Both the position numbers and the translations under genes were made by a program. Source: Saccostrea echinata (taxonomy: Eukaryota). From it: 64,000 nt of DNA. A model generated the notes under the pieces. The model was not told where the DNA came from. It did no database searches and saw only the letters and a program-made list of their open reading frames with translations. Below, in pieces: positions 12,526-23,466 of the stretch. The stretch lies in the NCBI RefSeq assembly GCF_033153115.1, contig NW_026889750.1, positions 3,534,001 to 3,598,000 of the forward strand, in the 5' to 3' direction. The first letter of the stretch is position 1; every line of letters starts with the position of its first letter.

Positions 12526-14196
12526 TTTTTAGCTCACCTCGACGAAGTCGAGATGAGCTTATGCTATACCCCCGGCGTCGGCGTCGGCGTCGGTGTCGGC
12601 GTCGGCGTTAGCGTCGGCGTCCCAGGTTAAAGTTTTAGGAGCAAGTCCCATTCCCAAGTAACTATAAGCCCTACCTTGACCAAACTTGCATGGATGATGC
12701 ATCTAGGGATGGACACTACCACACTTGCTTCGGATGCTGGATCTGACCTAGATTTTCCGGATGAGTGACCAGGTTAAAGTTTTAGGAGCAGGTCCATTCC
12801 CAAGTAACTATAAGCCCTACCTTGACCAAACTTGCATGGATGATGCATCTAGGGATGGACACTACCACACTTGCTTCAGATGCTGGATCTGACCTAGATT
12901 TTCCAGATGAGTGACCAGGGTAAAGTTTTAGGAGCAGGTCCATTCCCAAGTAACTATAAGCCCTACCTTGACCAAACTTGCATGGATGATGCATCTAGGG
13001 ATGGACACTACCACACTTGCTTCGGATGCTGGATCTGACCTAGATTTTCCGGATGAGTGACCAGGTTAAAGTTTTAGGAGCAGGTCCATTCCCAAGTAAC
13101 TATAAGCCCTACCTGGACCAAACTTGCATGGATGATGCATCTAGGGATGGACACTACCACACTTGCTTCGGATGCTGGATCTGACCTAGATTTTCCGGAT
13201 GAGTGACCAGGTTAAAGTTTAAGGAGCAGGTCCATTCCCAAGTAACTATAAGCCCTACCTGGACCAAACTTGCATGAATGATGCATCTAGGGATGGACAC
13301 TACCACACTTGCTTCGGATGCTGGATCTGACCTAGATTTTCCGGATGAGTGACCAGGTTAAAGTTTTAGGAGCAGGTCCATTCCCAAGTAACTATAAGCC
13401 CTACCTGGACTAAACTTGCATGGATGATGCATCTAGGGATGGACATGGCCACACTAACTTCGGATGCTGGATCTGAACTAGATTTTCCGGATGAGTGACC
13501 AGGTTAAAGTTTAAGGAGCAGGTCCATTCCCAAGTAACTATAAGCCCTACCTTGACCAAACTTGCATGGATGATGCATCTAGGGATGGACACTACCACAC
13601 TTGCTTCGGATGCTGGATCTGACCTAGATTTTCCAGATGAGTGACCAGGTTAAAGTTTTAGGAGCAGGTCCATTCCCAAGTAACTATAAGCCCTACCCGG
13701 ACCAAACTTGCATGGATGATGCATCCAGGGACGGACACTACCACACTTGCTTCGGATGCTGGATCTGACCTAGATTTTCCACATGAGTGAAGTTTAGCCA
13801 TATTTTAACCAAATTAGCATGGATGATGTATCTAGGGATGGACACTTCCAGACTTGCCTTGGATTCTGAATCTGATGTACAATTTTTCCAGATGAGTGAC
13901 CAGGGTAATTTTTTGGAGTAGCTATATAATATTATGGCATGTTATGATTAAACTTGCATAGATGGTGCATCTAAGGATGAAAACTTCCAGACTTGCTTTG
14001 GATGTTGGAAGTGACCAAAATTTTCTTGATTACTAAACAGGTCAAAAGTTTTTTGAGCAGGTCTATAATTAAATCAAACTTGCATGGCCATTGATCTTGG
14101 GATGTACCCTAACTAGAAAAAAAATATGATGTGAAATTTGCCTTACATGTAGATAACATTCGTCGAGGTGAGCTTCGTAATCTTTGATTACCTATG
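12526..14196 (+). mobile_element. Non-autonomous Helentron (HINE-type) carrying a 146-bp tandem array
   Basis: 5' subTIR AGCTCACCTCGACGAA with adjacent inverted repeat, (GGCGTC)n microsatellite ~12574-12621, central array, 3' subTIR TTCGTCGAGGTGAGCT (14159-14174), terminal hairpin GTAATC-TTT-GATTAC, T-rich flanks. Confidence 0.85.
12622..14100 (+). repeat. 146-bp tandem repeat, 8 near-identical units plus about 2 degenerate units
   Basis: Unit starts at 12622, 12769, 12915, 13061, 13207, 13353, 13499, 13645; diverged copies follow 13790. Confidence 0.95.
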
Positions 14197-17100
14197 TTTT
14201 GGTTACCAAAAATATGGAGCAAAGACCCACTATACCTTAAAAATATACTTTTATGACATAACATTCGCATCTTTTCGAGAAATACTTGAAGTCCATTACC
14301 AGGTAAGTCAAGGGTCATATCACAAACATGATTCATCAGGACTTGTGTAGTCTAGTGGTAAGCGTGCTAGTCTTGAAAGAAAATGATACTCAGGATTTTT
14401 ATTGCTAGGGTTCGAACCCCAAGAATACCATATTATTTTTTAATAAAAGAATAAATTTTTGCTGAGAAAATTTTCCTCGGAAAAGTTTTGTTTAATTTAT
14501 CATAATTTCATTAATTTCAATGAGAACTTTACTCTAAATACTAAATTCACAAACTGAACATGATTTTTATATATCTGAAGCTATAGGCTTTCTGCGCGCT
14601 ATGTTCGCCCATCTCCTTTGTTACCAATCATTTTATATAGATCCACCTTTAGTGCGTGATATGCTTCTGAGGTTCAGACGTCAATCTGGTACAATGTACA
14701 TCTATTTACATCATTTCCTGACTCTTTCGACATTAGCTGCCGATACAGATGCTTTAAAACCAACACATTCCCGCGATTAGTATAATCATTATGGGTAATC
14801 CTACCGGAATCCATCATCTGTGGCTCATGTGGGATGAGCAGACGTATTAGAGAAGGTATAATTATCTCACCTTGCACTAAATACAAATGTCATAAAAAAT
14901 TAAAGCTTTAAGAAATTAAATGCACTTTCTAATTAGCAAGAAATGAAAATTGTAAGGATTAAACAATCTTTATTCTTTTTTTTTTTATCCATTGAATACA
15001 CGGCAGAAGATAATTTGAAAGAAATGTTCGCCCACTTTGAAATAACACAAAGTTTTCGGATTTTTTACGTTCTTGGCATTTTGGCAACATATATTTATGA
15101 ATGAAAGACGGGTAAAAAAAATCTTCTATCAAAATATTTCAAGTAACCATTGTCAAAAATTCGTCAATTTGAATGGGATTTGTGGATGAAACCATTTAAA
15201 AAAGTATTGTCCACAAAAGAATAGAAATGTAATTGTTTTTTTTTAACGCCCCCGGTATGTTTGTATACAAATTAGATATATTTCTATGGCCTCCTCTGGC
15301 TGCGTGGGCAATTATAGACACTGGATATGATTAAAACAAATTTTAATTAAAATTGGCAGGTATACTCTGCTTAATACTTGCTGGTTTGAATTGACCCAAG
15401 CCGTAATGTCTAAGGGTGAATGTCAAACATTTCAAATCTTTTGTCCAACTTCAAAACTAAACTGACGCTTCATCGCAGATGGACTGATTAAATTTTTTTG
15501 TTTGACACATATTTATCCACCCGGTAAACATCAGATATATTTTATCTATTACCTTTAAATAGGTAATGTTTATTTTGCAAAGGACACTCGAGAGGTGGCA
15601 CTTTTGGGATTTTCCATGTACATGTAGTAGTTTTTAAAAGATTTGGTCCTATTACAGTTAAGACTCGTCCGGCTAATTGTTATTCTAAATCCCATATCCG
15701 ATTATCACGAGTAAAAAATATTTGTGTGAGATTTTGTTTTCCACTAGAAAATCTGCCGTGATCTTGAAAGGAATGTGTATATTGTTATGACAGTATTTTC
15801 AGCAGATTCACCAGTAACTGGAAATACGGCTTATCGATTGAAAGTCGGAGAAAATCAGGAAAACAGGTTGTTGAGTTACTGAAACCTTATCAGAAAGACG
15901 GTGAGTAGAAAATAACTGATATTTGTTTTTCGCTATCTGATTCTCTCTTATTCAGAACAAATAATGCAAATTCTCCAAGGTGTGCATCAGTAGAGTGAGT
16001 AGAATAATCCCAGATTCTTCCTGATTACTAATATGTCTGTGTTGCAGTGAACATGAGGGGTTTTTTTCTTTCTTTTTGAGAAAACCACATGTACCTCCGC
16101 CTCAATGTACAGTGTACTTGATTTAATTTAACGAGAATATAAATGTAATGTAAAGAATACGAGCCGTGTATTATTATCAAAAATAAAAAAAAAATTACGA
16201 AATTTTATTTATCATTTTTTAATAAACGTATTGTACATTGTAAGGTAGCATATCTTTACATGTAACAATAAACACAATTGTGAATAAATAAGCCTTGTTT
16301 ACACCTGGGAGAATTAACGACACACGCAGGATAGACTCGTGTTAAGAAATTCTCCAGCCAGAAGTAGGCCTTTTATTTAAAGTTTTTATTTCATTTTACA
16401 AATTGTCCTAGCTATTTTAAACCCCAGTTCACTGAAAATAGCAAGTTGTAATTGAGTTCACTGTTGTGCACTGTAGTTAAGTAATCAAGTTCAATTAACT
16501 GGTTAAAAAAAAAGGTTTTGATGTAATTTTCCCGTTTTCGCAATAATTATGAATTTTCTAGAATACGAGTAATTATATTTTTGTATGATCACTTTCATAC
16601 ATATTAACAAATTCCAGAAATGACATATAGTTTCTGACCTCCAAAGTGAGGACCTGTTGAGAAAACTAAACCCACCGAAAATTTACCACAGCGTGTGGCT
16701 ACTTCTATTGCTAAAACAGATACTTCCCCCGTGGTTACATACCATCTAATAACCTTTGTTCATTTTATTATGTCGTGTATAAGGGAAGACCACGATCTTT
16801 TGTGCTCGATTATCTAAGGAATCGGAAATTTACGTAATATTCTGTAATCCGTCGCCGGGTAGAGCCGATGTTGACATTTCATTTGTATGCTCGGCTACCC
16901 ATTAGAAATTAACAGATACTTAAACTAAACCAGAAAAAAAACTAATAATGAAACGATGGGAATATGATTAATTTTGTGGCTTGACACTATACATTCACAG
17001 AATTTTGATCTTGACAAATTTCGGATTCTGTCATTTTCAAAACTGTTGCATCACTGAGATGTAGCAGAGGAAATCAATACGGAAATTGATTAGATTTGCC

Positions 17101-17665
17101 AGCTATATAATCAAACATTAAAACTGGGACGATTATAGGTCAATAATCCATGCTGCAATTTCTGTGTTTCAGATATTCAGTTATTTCTGTGACATTCGGC
17201 AAGCACCAGAGGCGACCAGATCTAATTACGTTAATTGAGTTTTGTGTGGAAATAACAACATATGATGGTTAATGCTGGATTGCAGAGAACGGAAGAACCT
17301 TGATGGTATTCCAGAAAAGCAGAGGGAGAGGGTCGTTGTCAGATGAGGGATGATTAGCGATATTGTGTGTGTGTTGCTTATCATTAACATAATGTAAAAG
17401 AGAAGAGAGGTGCTTCGCTGTCTGCTCGCCTGCTTTGTACTGATGTCAGAGAATGTAACCCTCCTCTGAACACAGACCAAGTTCTCTTGTGTTATATTGG
17501 TGTAAAATTTGAGTACTTGTTCATTTTGAGATTTATTCGATAAAAATTATTTTTCGTGAAACGTGGAAGTGATCAGTTACAAACCCGGATATAAGTCTGG
17601 TATTTTGATCCTGAAGGGATAGTTACAGAAATTACATGACGTTTTGATATAAATACAATCTCAGG

Positions 17666-20600
17666 ATGAGTGATTTCGATGATTTTGATGATAAGGATAT
17701 ATTTTCGGACACGTTCGATTTGTTGGAAGACATCAAAGCCGCAGGATATGATCTGAAGAAATCGAAATTCTTTAACACTCCGATCGAGAAGATATTCGAG
17801 TCTCCATTTTTTACAAGAAACCGAAATCGGACTCGAGGAGATTCCTCAACATCAAGATTTCCAACGTTTTCGTCAAAGTCGTCAAAAAAGTCATCGTCGA
17901 CGACAGAGTCTTCTGAGACGGATTCTGGTGACGAGATTTTCCATTCAAAATCCTTCAAAAGGTCGGATTCGACTTATTCTACTTCTAGTCATGACACGAC
18001 AAGTTCCGGGGAGACGATGTCTGACGCTTCGTCCACTCGGAGTAATCCTAGAAAAGTGTCCATCACACGACAGATTCCAGTGCAGCATTACGTCACGTCA
18101 AATAAAAACTTTCGACCTGGGCTATCTAAGAACGAATCTGAGAAAAATGAAAAACGTCCGATGTCTCAGGAACTTCCAGTGCAACACTTTGTCACGTCAA
18201 ATAAAAACTCTCAACACGAGGTATCTAAAAAGTTAGAACAAGATTCTGAGAAAAGTGAGCGACATTCAATGCCACACGAACATCATTCCCGATTAGAAAA
18301 CGAGGCAAATGATAGGAGACATCAATCGATGTCTCCAAAACCAGTTTCAGTTTCACAAAGGCAGGACAGTTCGAGTTCACAGTGTTTTCGAACTAAATCC
18401 ATAGATTTACTGAACAAATCTGAAGTTAACTCTAGTCATAGAGACAGGAGCAAATCGAACACGCCTGAATTATGTAATATTAGTCGATACGGACAGTCCA
18501 AAAGTCTTCCGGATGTATTAAAAAATGATAGAATGTCACTGCCCTCAAATGTTCCGAAGGTGGGTTGCGAGAAAGGGGAGCAACCTACTTGGGACGAAAG
18601 GCAGGGGCGAATAGAAGGTGCCTTAAAATGGCTGAGATCGGAATTGGTAGGTATCTTATTCTCTTATTTTAAATGGATATCTAATTATGTACGTAAAGAA
18701 CGATATATGGTATTTCAACAAAAATAATCTAAATTACGATGAATTTTTTTTCAATATGAAACAAATCACATATGACATAGGAACGAATTTACGAATATAA
18801 TGTTGTTTTGAAAAATTTATATAAATGGGTCGATTCTTTTTAACCTAAATCGTATTTGGAATATATCTCATTTGTCAAATTTTCAATCGTAGCACAATCT
18901 GGTAGCAGGTACATATTCAATTTCGGTTGCGTTTTGCATGCAAAGTGTCATAATACCATTTGAGGCTCGCCTTTCAATGACGTGACGATTTGATAGAATT
19001 TTAAAAAATGCTATTCATAATAAACAGATAAACGTTTATGTATTGTTAAGTGTTAGGAAAACACATGGAAGAAAACGACCCCGCTTACGGAGGTTTATTA
19101 TAGCAAGTCGTTAAAATTTGAGAAAGTATTTAATCATTTCTGTATCTTTGACGTGGACAGGTGTGTCCTAGTTGAGGAACCCCGTATCAAGCCATCACTT
19201 GCAGGTACATTCGCCCTTTTCATTCAAAATGTCGATAGCACGCGTATAATAGATAAGGTATCATTCAATTTCTTCATTTTATTACATGACTATCTATGTC
19301 AGAAGAATCTATATATAAAACTAAAAATGGGTTTTTATGACTTGGCGAGTTGTCGGATTCGTCCTCAGTTCGCTGAACGTCGCCAGTTTAGGGGTGTGTA
19401 TCACTCTGAAAGAGATAGGGAGTTGAACCCGTGCCAATCTGATCGTGTCAAAGATTCTACACACATTGTAAGGAAGGATGTTCCCTGCCACTTTTCCCCA
19501 CTCTAAAAAAAAAAAAAAATCCAACGTCCCTTCCTTTGCATTTAAATTAACTTAATTTCTCTTCCATTGTTCGAAAAAGAGTTAAAATGATGCAACACAA
19601 TAAACAAAGGGTAATAGTATGACACTTGCGTGCTGTAAGGGCGATCGTTATTATAAGAGAATTTGGCACCAAGACCCATTTTCACAGATGGATGGGCAAA
19701 GAGGTAGTTAACTTGCAAGATTGTATTTTCTAAAGATGAGACGCATAAAAAAACACCTCTTCAAATCACAAAAATTTGGTAAACGATGCAAATTAGGGCA
19801 GATGTTGCACATAGCCAAATTTTTATTGCCAAAAACTGTGTAATTTGAATTATTCATGACATTTTCAAATGATTTTCTTGTCATTTAAAATGAATTGCAC
19901 AAATATAACACGCTGTGATGAAAACCTAAATTTGCACCCGACTAAATTTAGACCATTATTAGATTGCACTTTAGATTGTTCTTACTGTATATGTTGTAAA
20001 ATCAATTTCCGATCCCTTTCACATAAATTTCTATTCTATATATTTCTTTCCATATCTTCTAAAAATGACAAATAAATTGCCTAGAACAGATTTATATTGT
20101 GTTTTTAAGGGACCTGTAATTAATACAATTTTTCAATTTTACGGTAGGGTTTGTTGAGGGCTCAGGATAAGGTGCTCCTGTCTCAGTTGAAGAGGTGCCA
20201 GGACACGATAGAGGTGATAAAGAAACAGAGGTCTGAGGAGATGGAGGAGGGCGAGGAGGAGGAGGAGGGGCACTGGGAGGACTGGGAAATAGCAGGTAAT
20301 TATATAGGATCATAAAGTACTGGGTAATTATAGGACTGTAAAAGACTGGGTAATTATAGGACTACACAAGGCAGAGAAATTATAGTCTCTGTGTAATTAT
20401 TGGACTACAAAACCCAGGGTGACAATGACAATGAATTTATTCTCATAAACTGACATTAAGTACAGTGTAGAGACAGATTACAAATATAGTTAAACATATG
20501 TGCATGCGTGAAACAGAAAAAGTACAAAGTCAAAAAACTAACAATGACCTAACCAGGAGAGCCAACTCTCTCACAGATAATTTTTATAAATTTACACAGT

Positions 20601-21774
20601 TTTATCAATTTAACTGTAGTTACAGGACTACAAAACCCCAGGCTGGGTAATTATTGCGCTGCAATAGTAATTTATAGGAATATAAAAGAACAGGTGGTTA
20701 TCAAAGCAAACCCTGATACTACACATAATTATAAGAACCTTGCTGAATCTGAGAACAAGAAAATTCCTTGTTTCCAAATCAAGGATAAGAATCTTCTTGG
20801 GGGTAAAATAAAAAGAAGTTGATCAAAAACCCTTGCATATCATGTACTTGTATATCAAAAACAAGAGAGACAGTTTCCTGTAATATATTCTTTCCATTTT
20901 ATATATTGCCTGGATGTTAAAAACCATAAATTGCAATATACCATGAGGGCAGAAAATTGAGCATTCCTTCATAGTCACAATAGAGATTTCTCATAAAGAG
21001 ATCTTAATATGATATCTGATACACTGCCAGAGAATACCTGTGTTATTAAGAAATGGTTTACGTTTCCATTTTTCTGGCACAGTGTGTAATGAAGTATGGC
21101 AGTACACTTCTATTATTCTGCTACTAAGCCACTTCCGAGGCTGATACTCCTGTTGATAATAAGCCATATGTTATGTCATTTTGCAGCACTTCACATCGTA
21201 CATTCCCATAAACCCATAATTCAGAAGCGAATTTTGCACTGCTTGAATTGAAATTTTGGATTGCTCACAGCTGACATGATTGAATGCCTATCATATTTTT
21301 TTCCCAAAATTTCTTTGCACTCAATCCTGTCATTTTAGTTTAGGCTTTTACCAATGAATATTTTTGAATATAGACTCATTATACTTTAAGATCCCAACTT
21401 GGAGATATGTCTAATTTGACCAAAATGGAAAGTAAAAGTTTAAGTGTAATAAATAATTATTTACAAACAATCTGATATTCTTTACAAAATAATAAATCAG
21501 GCCCAAAAATTAAAGTTAAAAAAAATAAGACTGCAGAATATCATCAAAGAATAGAACCTAATTTAAAACATTTTATGGTAAATCATAGAGTTCTCCATAA
21601 TTTAAGCAAAATTTGCATTGTACTAATTTGAATGGACTTCAAATATCTTTTTTCCTTTACTTTCCAGAATTTGACAGAAGATGTAAAGAAGGGGAGATCA
21701 TTGATGATATTTCTCCATCATTCACCAGAAAGACAATTGATATTCCCCCCAATGTGGCTGAGGTCACATCATGA
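17666..21774 (+). CDS. Ser-rich, largely disordered protein with a FAM167/AARD-like coiled-coil segment near the C-terminus (3 coding exons)
   Basis: Exon 17666-18646 (long ORF ending RIEGALKWLRSEL|gtaggt), exon 20148-20295 (GLLRAQDKVLLSQLKRCQDTIEVIKKQRSEEMEEGEEEEEGHWEDWEIA), exon 21668-21774 (EFDRRCKEGEIIDDISPSFTRKTIDIPPNVAEVTS*). Phases are compatible. ALxWLRxEL..LRxQD..L..QL resembles the FAM167/AARD signature as I recall it; not searched. Confidence 0.72.
20295..20700 (+). repeat. Degenerate minisatellite (CTGGGTAATTATAGGACTACAAAA-like) directly after a splice donor
   Basis: Units at about 20320, 20346, 20390, 20615-20650. Confidence 0.6.
20420..20610 (-). mobile_element. 5'-truncated non-LTR retrotransposon 3' end (CR1/L2-like)
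   Basis: The minus strand reads KLIKLCKFIKIICERVGSPG*, then AATAAA and a (CATTGT)n tail; it interrupts the minisatellite. Confidence 0.55.
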
Positions 21775-23466
21775 TGTCAGCGTGTTATGTAACACTACAA
21801 GGAAGTCTCAACTATGCTGCTACAGCAAAATATTGTGTTCATCTAAGACATGGCAAAAAAATTCAATTAGCCTCATATATCTAAAGAATTCAACTGATGC
21901 AGCTTGTTAAGCCCTTCAAGTGCATAACAGACAATAATGTTTTAGCTTTTGGACGCAGTATCACTCTGCAATGAGCTAAGCAGAGGAGCTCTCACCCATC
22001 ATATCACACTTCAAAGAAATGTCTGTGAAAAAAATGTGAGATTTGTTCGATGGTAATTCAATGAGAGAAGCATTTGATGCATGTTTTTCAAGTCAAAAAG
22101 CATGGAAATCCATAATCTTCTATAAATAATTCATATGAAGTGATGTTTTCTAGGATTATAAGTGAAGACGGTGCAAAGCTTAAGTGTTTTCCATTACCAG
22201 ATGAGAGAACTCTTTTACACAAGTGAAGACACCACTCCACTAGTGAAAGTAATACACTCCTCCAATGCAAATTTAATATCATGAGCAAGTTGAAGAGACA
22301 AATTCAGCATATAATAGCTTCAAACCTGGAGCATGCATTTTTTTTGTGGTATTATGCCATGATAACTTTCAGTGCCAAAATTGTAAAAAAAAAATTATTT
22401 TTTTTTAAAAAGAAGGAAAAGAAACATTACAAATGTATTGTAATGCTCAAGAATTTCTATAACTTCAAATCTCACTTGAGCCACCTTTTATAAAAGCATA
22501 TCATAGGTTGATATTTATAAGGACTCTGGATTCAGCATTCTTCTCATATAATATAAAAATTTAACTTCATGTGTATAGAAGTCATTTAAGCAGAGTATCA
22601 AAAGTCTAATTTTCAGGACAATGCCAAAGAAATTTATACTCAGGACTTCATCTGAAGTACACCTATTTGATACTTGTCATATTTTTTTTTTATACATTTG
22701 TCATTCAATCCATAATGAAATTAAAAAAATATATATGTTTTTTAAAAATAGCTTTTGCATTGTTTCAATATACTGCTATATCAGTTGCAGCACATACTCA
22801 GTTTATTTCTGTCCTTGAAGAACGTCAATGTAACAGGTGTTTTGTTGTTGAAAATGGAATGTTTTCATCTTTTTTGTAAAAACATTAAAATACTGAAAAA
22901 AATTAAACAACAATTTTCTTGATTTCTTGTTGTCTTTTTGCTTTAATAATCAATATGCTGTCCATTTATTATGAGAATATTGACACTTATTGCTTTTTAT
23001 ATCAATACAGATTCCCCTTAGGGACAAATTGATTTTTCCTGCTCATTTAAGCCTTTTTTTTTTAAATTGCAAAATGTACACAGAGACAATAAAACAGTGT
23101 TCCATAATTCATAGGGCAAATATAAATGTTCATTAGAACATAGCTCTTTATTGATCTTACCTCAGCAACAAACAAAAAGAGAAAAAAAATTTCAATATAT
23201 CTAAAAAAAACATTATTATGGTAACTCACTGCTAAAGTGTCGATGCATTTTTTGAAATACAGATCTTCAAAAACTACTACACTGGTGTGTTTAGAATGGG
23301 CCCCTCCATAAACAGAAATCCATAATCATGCACCACAATTATATTTACATCCTTCCAAAAATTTACAGGTTGGTACCTCCTTTCAATGGCTCCAATTCAG
23401 GACAACACAAAATGGTTTCCAGGAAGAAAAGTTAATTTAAAATTGAATTTAGTTCTGTGTCATCTC

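Larger units (their letters stand above)
12219..14618. mobile_element. Kolobok-like TIR element hosting a Helentron insertion
   Basis: About 38-bp imperfect TIRs AAGAAGATGGGTGAACATGCCGAGCGAAAAGCCTATAG / CTATAGGCTTTCTGCGCGCTATGTTCGCCCATCTCCTT; no TTAA TSD preserved, so the superfamily is tentative. Confidence 0.6.

Noticed and set aside
12622-13790. Regular repeats as a CRISPR array, and the ORFs 12782-12994 and 13410-13598 within them
   Set aside because: Units are head-to-tail with no unique spacers, the context is eukaryotic, and the ORFs are by-products of the repeat.
17632-18236. Overlapping ORFs 17632-17958 (-) and 17928-18236 (+)
   Set aside because: Alternative-frame shadows of the long coding exon 17666-18646, with no independent support.
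19153-19524. 117-aa and 67-aa ORFs in the intron of the FAM167-like gene
   Set aside because: No recognisable motif or convincing splice context; an alternative first exon cannot be excluded but is unsupported.
20092-20313. Proline-rich minus-strand ORF
   Set aside because: Antisense shadow of the Glu-rich (GAG) plus-strand exon 20148-20295.
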